A DNA stretch of 64,000 nt from Candidatus Shapirobacteria bacterium (GTDB lineage Bacteria; Patescibacteriota; Microgenomatia; UBA12405), in NCBI GenBank assembly GCA_041659325.1, contig JBAZYN010000004.1:583-64582 (forward strand), given 5' to 3'. Below the pieces are notes generated by a model that searched no databases, was not told the origin of the DNA, and was given only the letters and a program-made list of their open reading frames with translations. Shown here one piece after another: positions 18,904 to 27,863 of this stretch (positions within the stretch are counted from its first letter, which is position 1; each line of letters opens with the position of its first letter). The position numbers were made by a program, and so were the translations under genes.

Positions 18904-18934
18904 TTAACTCCGGGAAAATGCGATTTTAGGCACC
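18904..18934 (+). promoter_or_regulatory. Conserved intergenic motif copy B (TTTAACTCCGGG-AAAATGCGATTTT)
   Basis: Matches the 16175-16205 copy. It lies 108 nt upstream of the GT2 start. Confidence 0.5.
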
Positions 18935-19019
18935 CCTTTTCGCCATCGTTCAAGATTTTACATTATTTTGTTATTTATCTTATATAAATCTTACAAAACA
19001 TATTGTAGAATACCTTGCC

Positions 19020-19025
19020 TATAAT
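19020..19025 (+). promoter_or_regulatory. -10 box TATAAT for the GT2 gene (short leader without SD)
   Basis: TATAAT lies 16 nt upstream of the ATG at 19042. Confidence 0.35.
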
Positions 19026-19041
19026 ATTATTTCAAAGCCAC

Positions 19042-20076
19042 ATGGCCACAAGCCGCCCCAAAATATCCGTGTTAATCCCTTGCTACAACGAGGGAAAATC
19101 GATCCGCGCCTGTGTTCAGTCTTGCCTTGATCAAACCCGACCATTCGATCAAATTCTTGTCGTCAACGATGGCAGTACCGACAATTCCGCCTCGGCTTTG
19201 AAAAAATTTGGCTCAAAAATCCAAGTTATCACTTTCGACAAGCCCTCGGGAAACAAAAGTTTCTGTCAGGAAAAAGGGCTAAAATACATTACAGGCGATA
19301 TTTTTGTCGCCACCGATGGCGATACAATTCTTGATAAAAACTTTGTTGAACTGATAAAAAATGATTTTGAAAACGAAAATGTCGCTGCCGTTGCTGGCTA
19401 TGTCAGGAGTATCCGCTACAACTGGTTGACTATGTGCCGAGCCTTTGACTATGTAATTGGCCAAAACATCCACAAACTCGCCCAAAAATATTTAGGTTAT
19501 ATTTTTGTCATTCCCGGCGCCGCCTCGGCTTTTAGGACTGAAATTTTTAGGGAATATATCAATTTTGATCACGATACCATTACCGAAGATCTCGATTTTA
19601 CCTATAAACTCCACAAAAACAATCTAAAAATTGCTTACGATAAAAAAGCAATCGTCTACACTCAGGATCCGGATACTCTTCGCTCATATATCGGTCAAAT
19701 GCGCCGTTGGTATGGTGGGGGCTGGCAAAATCTGGTTAAGCATCTCAACCAGGATGTGACCGAAAATCCGCGTATAGTCCTCGAGCTTTCCTTGATTTAC
19801 ATTGAAGGTCTGGTTTTTTCGATTCTTATTTTCATAGTTCCTCTGATAAATATACTTCTGGCTATTAAATTTTTCTTTTATTTATCAATCGTGGTCTTTA
19901 TAGAATCAATTTATGCCTCTTTCGTCGACAGAAGATCCGATTTGCTATTAGTCGTCTTTGTTTATCCTTTCATGATGTACATAAATAGCTTTGTCTCTCT
20001 GGAACAATTTATAAAAGAAGTCGTCCTTAAGCGGCGCAATTTAGTTTGGTATCATCCGGCCAGGAGGGAAATATGA
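19042..20076 (+). CDS. Processive family-2 glycosyltransferase (cellulose/chitin/PNAG-synthase-like) with C-terminal TM helices
   Basis: VLIPCYNE, VNDGSTDNS, DGDT, and the QMRRW (QxxRW) motif. C-terminal hydrophobic helices. The start is taken at the internal ATG; the ORF-track TTG is at 19015. Confidence 0.8.
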   Translation: MATSRPKISVLIPCYNEGKSIRACVQSCLDQTRPFDQILVVNDGSTDNSASALKKFGSKIQVITFDKPSGNKSFCQEKGLKYITGDIFVATDGDTILDKNFVELIKNDFENENVAAVAGYVRSIRYNWLTMCRAFDYVIGQNIHKLAQKYLGYIFVIPGAASAFRTEIFREYINFDHDTITEDLDFTYKLHKNNLKIAYDKKAIVYTQDPDTLRSYIGQMRRWYGGGWQNLVKHLNQDVTENPRIVLELSLIYIEGLVFSILIFIVPLINILLAIKFFFYLSIVVFIESIYASFVDRRSDLLLVVFVYPFMMYINSFVSLEQFIKEVVLKRRNLVWYHPARREI

Positions 20077-20182
20077 TATTTTTACCCGGACTGTCGCTGA
20101 TTATTCATCTCACCATTATCGCGATTAATCTGATTTATATGGTAATAAATAGGCTTACCTTCAAATCAAGACCTACATCAAA

Positions 20183-20683
20183 ATGAAAAAAATATTATCA
20201 CTTCTAACTTTTTTTTCAATTACTTCGGCAGTAGTCTTAAGTGCCGGCATCATTCTCAACCTCTGCATCAAAAACGAACCTAACACTGTCCTTATCGCCC
20301 GTTTCATTGAGTCCCATTCCTCAACCGCTATTGCCCTCGTTAGAAACGATTCGGAGAACTCCACTGTTTTGGGTTCGTCCGATATTCAAAAACAGGCCGA
20401 TAATTCCGGTCTAAATGTCTCCTATGGCCTGCCCCAGAGTGTTTCAGTTTCGCCGGCCATTTGGGTTTTTCGCTCCGGTTGCTTCCCCAAATATCCTTCC
20501 GGAAAAGAAATCCGCTCTCTTGTTGACTATCTGGCCATCAACAATATCGACTATTCTTTTGAAAACAGATACAAACTCGCCCGTGAAAATGGTATAACTA
20601 ACTATCAGGGTACTCCATATCAAAACTTATTTTTGATAACCAGTTTGTCCGGCCAATACCCAGCATGTCTCACATCAAATTAA
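20183..20683 (+). CDS. Secreted hypothetical protein
   Basis: Signal peptide MKKILSLLTFFSITSAVVLSA. No recognised domain. Confidence 0.4.
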   Translation: MKKILSLLTFFSITSAVVLSAGIILNLCIKNEPNTVLIARFIESHSSTAIALVRNDSENSTVLGSSDIQKQADNSGLNVSYGLPQSVSVSPAIWVFRSGCFPKYPSGKEIRSLVDYLAINNIDYSFENRYKLARENGITNYQGTPYQNLFLITSLSGQYPACLTSN

Positions 20684-23600
20684 ATTTTATAAAAATTTGT
20701 TTCTTACTTATAACCGCTCTGTTGTTGCGGTTTGGATTTTCGGAGCATGCCCTCGCCCAAACAGGAAACCTTATCGCCAACCCTTCGGTGGAAACAGCCA
20801 GTTCAACCGGAACCACTCCCCAGGATTGGTTTACTGACAAATGGGGGACAAATACGGCCGTCTTTAGCTACCCAGCCATGGGTTATTTGTCTGATCGGGC
20901 CGTCAAAGTTCAGCTGACCTCAAGATCAAGCGGCGATGCCAAGTGGTATTTCAAGGAAATTCCCGCTACTGCCAATACTAATTACACTTTTTCCGACTAC
21001 TATCAGTCAAACGTGGCCAGTGTCATTGTTGTTGCCACCAAGTTAACCACCGGTAGTTACAACTATCTTACTGTTGCCAACCTTGTCGCCGCCCCTGCCT
21101 GGACCAAAGCAAACGTCACTTTTAAAACACCGGCCAACACTTCCACCGTTACTGTTTATCATCTTATAAACAAAGTTGGTTGGCTAATTACCGACGAATT
21201 TTCTCTTATTTCTACTGTCTCTGTCACTCCCACCCCCACCCCCACTTTAGCTCCGACTCTGACCCCAACTTCTACCCCCACTTCCACCCCCACGATCACT
21301 TCCACGCCGACTCCAATAGTCACAATTATTCCCACCAACACCCCCACCCCCACTGCCACGGCTGTCCCTACGTCTACCTCCACCCCCATTCCGACAGCCA
21401 CTATCGCTCCCACCAACACTCCCACCCCTACCCCCACTCCTGTTACCAATCCTGTTTTGAATCCTTCACTCGAGCAAAACCGACCGACAAACACGAATTT
21501 ACCTATTAATTGGACAAAAGAGAAATGGGGGTCATCCAATACTACCTTTACCTACCTAAAAACCTCCGGCCACACCGGTACCCGATCCATAAAAGTCCAA
21601 ACCACCAGATACACTTCCGGTGATGCCAAGTGGACTTTTGATCCGGTTGCGGTCACCCCGGGCGAGTCCTATTATTTTTCCGACTGGTATCAATCAAATA
21701 TTGTCACCCACCTTGTCGTCAGGTTTACCCTGGCAAACGGCTCATATAGCTATCTCGGCCTTCGGGATGCCCCAATTTCTGCCGCCTGGGCCGAATACAA
21801 AGAGGCTTTTACGGTACCTGTTGGGGTTAAAGCCCTTTCGGTACTTCATTTTATAGACAGGGTCGGCTGGCTGATAACCGACGATTATTCGCTTCAAAAA
21901 TTTACCTCCTCCGGCTATGGGTTACCCCTGGTTTCTTTAACTTTTGACGATGGTTGGGAAGACAACACCCTTACTGCCATGCCACTTTTAAAACAAAACC
22001 AAATTCCGGTAACTTATTATTTTGCCACCACTTTTCTAGTCAATAGCCCCGCAACTGGCGCCATAAATGTCTCCGGTCCATCAGCTGTAAACTATATCTA
22101 CTCCGAGGGTCACGAAATCGGCTCCCATTCTGTTACTCACCCTGATCTAACCACCCTCACCTCTGCCCAAATCATCGCTGAAATCACCGATTCCAAAAAT
22201 TATCTGGAAAACCTTGTGGGTGTTGGCAAGGTTACTAGCTTTGCCACCCCCTTTGGTGCCTACAATGACACTGTTATCACTTCTCTTAAATCATCACTCT
22301 ATCGTAGCCACCGCACCACCGATGAGGGACCAAATACTCCCGAAAATTACGACCGCTATCGTTTAAAGGTTCAAAATCTTCAATCCACCACTACTTTATC
22401 TGAATTCCAAAGCTGGGTTGACCAGGCTGTCGCCGACAAATCCTGGCTGATTCTGGTTTATCATCGAATTGCTTCCTCCGACCTTACTCAATACGACACC
22501 AGTCTGACCGACTTTAATAACCATCTTTCATATCTCAAACAATCCGGAGTCGTCTTTAAAACGGTCAGCCAGGCAATCGACAGTATTGAAAATGTTGTTC
22601 CCACCGTCACAACTACTATTGCTCCCACTTCAACCAATACTCCAATCCCCACATCAACTTCCATTCCCACCGCCACTCCCACCTCGATCATCACCCCCAC
22701 CCCAACCACCGACCCGGCCCCCACCTCTACTCCGCTTCCCGTCTATCCCACGCCGACATATTTCCCGCAGCCGACAGCCGGCCCCAATCTAATCCTCAAC
22801 AATTCCCTCGAAATAGGCGATACTCTTAACTCCTCCCTGCCGGATAAGTGGCAAAAAAATAACTGGGGGACAAATACTACCGTCTTTACCTATCCAGTCC
22901 CAGCTATTGATGGCTCTGCCGCCGCCAAGACCGAAATTACCTCATTCACCGATGGTGATGGCAAATGGTATTTTAGTGATGTTGCCGTTACTCCCAACAC
23001 CGTTTATCAGTTTTCCGATCAATACCAATCAAACATTTCCTCCCGTATTACCGTCCGCTATTTTCATGATGACGGCACCTATACTTACGTTGATATCGGT
23101 AATGTGGTCGCTTCCGCCGATTGGTCCACTTTTACCGGCGAAATCACTATTCCTACCGATGTCCATTCGATTACCGTCTTTCACCTGATTGAAAGTATCG
23201 GCTGGATTATCACCGACAATTATTCTCTTCGTCAAAAAGCCGCTCCAATCCCTTTCAGCCAGGGGATGGTTTCCTTAACTTTTGACGACGGTTGGCTCTC
23301 AGTTTATCAAAATGCTATTCCCGCCCTCAATGCCGCCGGTTTTAAAAGTACTCAATATATCACCACTAGCTTTTTGGGGACTACCGATTATATGAGCGTC
23401 GACAACGTTTTGGCCATGCAGATTTCTGGCCACGAAATCGCTAGTCACTCCCTCAGTCATCTCCAACTGCCCACCCTAAACGAGTCTCAAATCCGTCAAG
23501 AGGTTTCCGACTCCCGAGTGACTCTCCTTGGCATGGGCTTTTCTCTGGTCAAATCATTTGCTTATCCGTACGGTGAATATAATGATCTAATTCTTCGCAT

Positions 23601-23916
23601 CACCAAGGAATCCGGCTATACCACTGCCCGCACCGCCGTCCCCTTCGATTCGGGATACAACTATAAACATACCGACCCTTTCATGCTCAAAAACTTTTCC
23701 GTAGAAGTCGATACCACCCTCGACCAAGTCAAAACTTGGATAGATACCGCCAACCAAAACAAGACCTGGTCAATTCTGGTTTTCCATCAGGTGGATACCA
23801 GTGGCGGCCAGTATTCTATCAGCCCAACCTTGCTCCAAGGTATTGTCGATTATCTTACCCAAACCGGTACCAGTGTTGTTACCGTCAGCCAAGGCCTTGG
23901 CCAAATGCTCAATTGA
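20665..23916 (+). CDS. Secreted multidomain polysaccharide deacetylase: three CBM-like beta-sandwich modules plus two NodB (CE4) deacetylase domains, joined by Pro/Thr linkers
   Basis: Signal peptide. A repeated 'NPSxE...WxxxKWGTNTxVFTY...GDAKWYF...YQSN...HLI..VGWLITD' module (x3). LTFDDGW and HEI(G/A)SHS(V/L)(T/S)H motifs (x2). PT-rich linkers at about 21230-21450 and 22600-22760. Confidence 0.8.
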   Translation: MSHIKLNFIKICFLLITALLLRFGFSEHALAQTGNLIANPSVETASSTGTTPQDWFTDKWGTNTAVFSYPAMGYLSDRAVKVQLTSRSSGDAKWYFKEIPATANTNYTFSDYYQSNVASVIVVATKLTTGSYNYLTVANLVAAPAWTKANVTFKTPANTSTVTVYHLINKVGWLITDEFSLISTVSVTPTPTPTLAPTLTPTSTPTSTPTITSTPTPIVTIIPTNTPTPTATAVPTSTSTPIPTATIAPTNTPTPTPTPVTNPVLNPSLEQNRPTNTNLPINWTKEKWGSSNTTFTYLKTSGHTGTRSIKVQTTRYTSGDAKWTFDPVAVTPGESYYFSDWYQSNIVTHLVVRFTLANGSYSYLGLRDAPISAAWAEYKEAFTVPVGVKALSVLHFIDRVGWLITDDYSLQKFTSSGYGLPLVSLTFDDGWEDNTLTAMPLLKQNQIPVTYYFATTFLVNSPATGAINVSGPSAVNYIYSEGHEIGSHSVTHPDLTTLTSAQIIAEITDSKNYLENLVGVGKVTSFATPFGAYNDTVITSLKSSLYRSHRTTDEGPNTPENYDRYRLKVQNLQSTTTLSEFQSWVDQAVADKSWLILVYHRIASSDLTQYDTSLTDFNNHLSYLKQSGVVFKTVSQAIDSIENVVPTVTTTIAPTSTNTPIPTSTSIPTATPTSIITPTPTTDPAPTSTPLPVYPTPTYFPQPTAGPNLILNNSLEIGDTLNSSLPDKWQKNNWGTNTTVFTYPVPAIDGSAAAKTEITSFTDGDGKWYFSDVAVTPNTVYQFSDQYQSNISSRITVRYFHDDGTYTYVDIGNVVASADWSTFTGEITIPTDVHSITVFHLIESIGWIITDNYSLRQKAAPIPFSQGMVSLTFDDGWLSVYQNAIPALNAAGFKSTQYITTSFLGTTDYMSVDNVLAMQISGHEIASHSLSHLQLPTLNESQIRQEVSDSRVTLLGMGFSLVKSFAYPYGEYNDLILRITKESGYTTARTAVPFDSGYNYKHTDPFMLKNFSVEVDTTLDQVKTWIDTANQNKTWSILVFHQVDTSGGQYSISPTLLQGIVDYLTQTGTSVVTVSQGLGQMLN

Positions 23917-24979
23917 GGATACTTTTAAACGCCTCCAAAGAATTTGTGTCAGACCACACCCGCCAATCCTTTTCTTTGTTTTCATTAAACCAAATAAAGC
24001 CCTGTACTTTTGGGTGTTTATAAATTTCTTTCCCCAAACCTTCTTTAATCCAGTTTGCCTTTTCCTGTCCGTCGGCACACGCCATAGAAAAAATCATTAT
24101 TGGTTTATCCAGGGTTTCCAGGGTTTCAAGCCCGTCGTTAAACACTCTCGCAAAGCTGACCCAGGGGTTATCAAAATTAAACCCGTTGATACCCAAAATA
24201 TCAACCGCTTCGTTCCCCGGATAAAAGTCCATAATCCGGTTACCATCCACCTCGGGGCTTGATTCACCATTGACCGCCCAGCCAAATTTTACGTTATTTA
24301 TGCCCCCAAAAAATTTTTTTACGTATCTGTAGGCCGCAATATGTTTGGCCGCCGAATTGCCATTTTTTGTCCCCGACCACGGGTACCAATCTCCATTCAT
24401 TTCTTCAAACGGAATCAGGATAACTTCCCCTCCAAAGTTTTTGGTCTGTTTTGCAAAGTCAGCAATATATTTATCCCAGTCGCCTCTCAAAATTGCATCG
24501 TAATTATATTTCGGGTCTTCGGTTGTCTCCTTGTTGTAGTCCATTGCTTCCCAAAAAAGCACCAATGTTTTCCCGCGGCTTTTTGTAAAATTTCCCAAGT
24601 CAAGGGGCAGTTCATTTTCATTTCCCCAGTGGACAAATGTGGCCACAAAATCCATTTGTTTTCCTACTTTAGATTCAAAATTATTCACTTCTTCCACTTG
24701 CCACCCGGTATAGGCACCCCACTTTAGCTTACTTTTATAAATCGTCTTTGTCGGAGCCAATGTTGCTGTCGCTACCACTACAGTTGTGGGTAAAACCGTT
24801 GGGATTATGGTAGCTTCTGTTACCTCTTCCGTCGGTACCGGGGTTGGCAAAGGCAACTGATCGGTTTTTTTTGGGCTTTTCCTCATATAACCGATTATCA
24901 ATAGAAATATTACCAAACCAACGGCAAAAAATGCTGATAATATCTGCCTCTTTCTGCTCATGCAGTTATTATACCGCAT
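23909..24979 (-). CDS. Secreted GH26-like glycoside hydrolase (beta-mannanase-like family)
   Basis: N-terminal TM/signal, a PT linker, the catalytic-acid context IPFEEMNGDWYPW (GH26 'HE.N..W' signature) and a WGAY motif. Confidence 0.55.
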   Translation of the reverse strand: MRYNNCMSRKRQILSAFFAVGLVIFLLIIGYMRKSPKKTDQLPLPTPVPTEEVTEATIIPTVLPTTVVVATATLAPTKTIYKSKLKWGAYTGWQVEEVNNFESKVGKQMDFVATFVHWGNENELPLDLGNFTKSRGKTLVLFWEAMDYNKETTEDPKYNYDAILRGDWDKYIADFAKQTKNFGGEVILIPFEEMNGDWYPWSGTKNGNSAAKHIAAYRYVKKFFGGINNVKFGWAVNGESSPEVDGNRIMDFYPGNEAVDILGINGFNFDNPWVSFARVFNDGLETLETLDKPIMIFSMACADGQEKANWIKEGLGKEIYKHPKVQGFIWFNENKEKDWRVWSDTNSLEAFKSILN

Positions 24980-25048
24980 ATCATCTCAAAGACCCCCGTT
25001 TCCGTCGTCAAAAATATAAGCCATATATTATGTTACGATTAATTCATC

Positions 25049-26266
25049 GTGGAAAAAGCAAAAACAAGATTCCGCTCCTTTTGGCTACCGGTTTTCGGGG
25101 TATTTATGTTACTGGCAACTTTCTGGCTATCGCTGTCCAAAATTTATCAAAAACTTCAAAACCTTCAAAATACAAATACAGATCTGAATCAACAGATATT
25201 AGTTAACAATCAACAAATTGCCAAAAACAATGAAACCGCTAAAAATATTCAGGCGGAAAACGAAACGTTAAAAAATGAGGACCTTCGCCAAACAAACGGC
25301 AGTGTCAAAAAAGAAATTCAAGATTTGAAAACCAGTTTCAAAACCACCCTGACCTCGTACGAAGAAATTCTCGATCTACAAGATCGCGGATCAAAAATAA
25401 CTTCCCTCCAAAGTAAATTTTCCTCAGTCCTCAGCTTTTTGGCCAAAGATGACCTCGCTTCGGCTCAAAAAACAGCAACTGAGCTATCGGCAGAAATTAC
25501 CAAAGAAAAAACAAAATTAGCCTCTCTTGCCGCCGCTCCTATTCCGGCCAATGTTCCGGAAATTAACCAAGCTCCCGCTTCCGGGTATCGGAGGCAAAAA
25601 GTAACCATTGGTGACTCCTCGTATATGGTAAGCATTGTCTCGGCGGATCTCAATAGTACCAAAGTAATCGTCGACACTGCCTCAGATGGCACCTGCGCCA
25701 ACAACTGTCCTGTTTTGCCTCTGGCCACTTACGTCAGCCGCAGTGGCGCCTATGCCGGTATCAACGGCAGTTATTTTTGCCCCGAAACTTATCCTTCCTG
25801 CGCCGACAAGAAAAATTCATTTGACACCCTACTAATGAACAAAAATAAGGTCTATTTCAATTCCGACAACAATGTTTACAGCACCGTTCCGGTCGCCATA
25901 TTTTCCGGTAATTCCGGCAGGTTTATCGGCCAGTCTTCCGGATGGGGGCGAGATACCGGGGCCGATGCTGTGATTGCCAATCGGCCTCTTTTGGTTTTAG
26001 ATGGGAACATCATGTTTGGCGGTGGCAGCGACCAAAAAGAATCAGCCAAAGGTAATAGAAGTTTTCTGGGATCATCAGGCAATATTGGTTATATTGGGGT
26101 TGTCCATAATTCCACCGTCGCCGAATGTGCCAAAGTTTTACAGGCGATGGGCATAAAAAATGCCATCAATCTGGATTCCGGTGGCTCCACCGCCCTCTGG
26201 CATGGTGGTTACAAATTAGGCCCCGGCCGCAATCTTCCCAATGTCGTTCTGTTCGTGAAAAAGTAG
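25049..26266 (+). CDS. Membrane-anchored phosphodiester glycosidase (NAGPA/DUF2233) family protein with coiled-coil region
   Basis: N-terminal TM, a Q/N-rich coiled coil, AGINGSYF, RPLLVLDG, and the C-terminal NLDSGGSTAL (NAGPA 'NLDGGGSS') motif. Confidence 0.65.
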   Translation: MEKAKTRFRSFWLPVFGVFMLLATFWLSLSKIYQKLQNLQNTNTDLNQQILVNNQQIAKNNETAKNIQAENETLKNEDLRQTNGSVKKEIQDLKTSFKTTLTSYEEILDLQDRGSKITSLQSKFSSVLSFLAKDDLASAQKTATELSAEITKEKTKLASLAAAPIPANVPEINQAPASGYRRQKVTIGDSSYMVSIVSADLNSTKVIVDTASDGTCANNCPVLPLATYVSRSGAYAGINGSYFCPETYPSCADKKNSFDTLLMNKNKVYFNSDNNVYSTVPVAIFSGNSGRFIGQSSGWGRDTGADAVIANRPLLVLDGNIMFGGGSDQKESAKGNRSFLGSSGNIGYIGVVHNSTVAECAKVLQAMGIKNAINLDSGGSTALWHGGYKLGPGRNLPNVVLFVKK

Positions 26267-26289
26267 CAAATAAATTGTATATTTATCCT

Positions 26290-26748
26290 ATGGATGATTG
26301 TATTTTTTGTAAAATCGTAAAAGGTGAGTCACCATGTCACAAGATCTGGGAAGACGACAAGCACCTGGCTTTTCTGTCAATATTTCCAAACACTCCGGGC
26401 TTTAGTGTTGTCATTACCAAGGAGCACTATTCCAGTTACGCCTTTGACCTTCCCGACCAAGTTTTAACGGAACTAATGCTTTCAGTCAAAAAAGTTGCCA
26501 AGTTAATAGACTCCAAGTTAGCAGATGTCGGTCGGACCGGCATGATTTTCGAGGGCTTTGGTGTCGATCACATTCACGCCAAGCTTTTCCCCATGCACGG
26601 CACCGCCTCTCACTCCGAGTGGAAAAAATACGAATCACACGTCGACAAATATTTCGACCATTACGAAGGTTATATCTCCTCTCACAATTCCAAACGAGCC
26701 CCCGACTCCGACCTTGCGAAACTGGCAGAAATTATTAGAGATAAATAG
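26290..26748 (+). CDS. HIT-family (histidine triad) nucleotide hydrolase
   Basis: CIFCKIV N-terminus and the HIT motif GVDHIHAKLFP. The start is at the internal ATG; the ORF-track start at 26125 overlaps the upstream gene. Confidence 0.8.
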   Translation: MDDCIFCKIVKGESPCHKIWEDDKHLAFLSIFPNTPGFSVVITKEHYSSYAFDLPDQVLTELMLSVKKVAKLIDSKLADVGRTGMIFEGFGVDHIHAKLFPMHGTASHSEWKKYESHVDKYFDHYEGYISSHNSKRAPDSDLAKLAEIIRDK

Positions 26749-26754
26749 TTATGC

Positions 26755-27261
26755 TTGCCCTTCAAATCTAATAAACCTTCCTTGATTTGTTATCATGGTT
26801 TTGTGAAAACCGTAATTATTTATCAGTCTTTCCATCATCAAAATACCCAAAATATTGTCAAATATATTGCAGACAAGTATCCGGTTAAACTACTGAATAT
26901 TTCCCGGGCAACCTCTGATTTAGTTAATAGATACGACCGGATTATTTTAGCCGGTGGTATATATTTTGGCAAACCCCACCGCTTATTTTCTGAGATTATT
27001 CCCAAATTAAAAATTAAAAATAAAAACATTTTTCTGATTACCACCAGTGGCCTTGTCAGTCTTCCCCTCATAAATGATTACCACAAAAACTTTAAATTAT
27101 TGTTCAATAAATCCGGGTTGAATATCAAATCATGGTTTGAAACCCGCGGTTTCGATACTTATCCATTTTTTGTTAAACCTTTCGGCGGTATAAACAAAAA
27201 CAGACCTAATCACAATGATTTAATCAAGGCTTTAAAGTGGTTTCGCAGTCTGGACTTATAA
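26755..27261 (+). CDS. Flavodoxin-like domain protein (Flavodoxin_5 / HemG-like)
   Basis: VIIYQSFHHQNTQNI...YDRIILAGGIYFGKP pattern. The true start may be the internal GTG/ATG. Confidence 0.4.
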   Translation: MPFKSNKPSLICYHGFVKTVIIYQSFHHQNTQNIVKYIADKYPVKLLNISRATSDLVNRYDRIILAGGIYFGKPHRLFSEIIPKLKIKNKNIFLITTSGLVSLPLINDYHKNFKLLFNKSGLNIKSWFETRGFDTYPFFVKPFGGINKNRPNHNDLIKALKWFRSLDL

Positions 27262-27807
27262 TCGGATAAATCCAAGCCACAAGGTCAACCCCATCGAATA
27301 AATTACCAATAGAGGAAACACTACCCATTTTTCCACCCATCTACCGGTGTGGATTCTAAGTTTTTTCCATGGCGGAAATCCGAACTTCCACCTGATCGGG
27401 AACAAAAGCGGTAGCCCCTCTTCGGTTAATCCGTCCAGAATCATATGTGACACGTATCCCGTAAGCATTGCAAAAACTACAGAGTCCGTATTAACAAAAT
27501 CTCTGTTAAGTAAATTCGGAATTAGCCACATCGACCCCTTGTAGACCAAAAATATTCCCAACAGTGAATGAGACAGCGACCGGTGACCCAAAAATAATTT
27601 TCCAAAAACTTTCCCAAATACATGTCCAATGGGTAACAAATCCCACAATCGGTTTGACACTTGATCCATGTCAGGCAACAACGCCCCGACCACATTGGCG
27701 ATCAGTGCCGTTATCGCCGTTGCTGTCGATATCCCTCCGACATGCAGATAGGCTACTACCGTCAATAATGCTGCAAATGCCCCTATTTGATGAGTTCTAA
27801 ATGTCAT
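27256..27807 (-). CDS. Membrane-bound metal-dependent hydrolase (DUF457/YdjM family)
   Basis: HQIGAFAAL...LPDMD...GHRSLSHSLL motifs. Four or five TM helices. Confidence 0.6.
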   Translation of the reverse strand: MTFRTHQIGAFAALLTVVAYLHVGGISTATAITALIANVVGALLPDMDQVSNRLWDLLPIGHVFGKVFGKLFLGHRSLSHSLLGIFLVYKGSMWLIPNLLNRDFVNTDSVVFAMLTGYVSHMILDGLTEEGLPLLFPIRWKFGFPPWKKLRIHTGRWVEKWVVFPLLVIYSMGLTLWLGFIRL

Positions 27808-27863
27808 TGGTCTAGTATAGTCATTTTACAAACCAAATAAATCTTATAAACTAACACTACTCT

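Noticed and set aside
20665-23916. A possible diversity-generating retroelement target (C-terminal variable region) in the large surface proteins.
   Set aside because: No reverse-transcriptase ORF (YxDD) and no template/variable repeat pair could be recognised by eye in the window. This cannot be excluded without a computed self-alignment.
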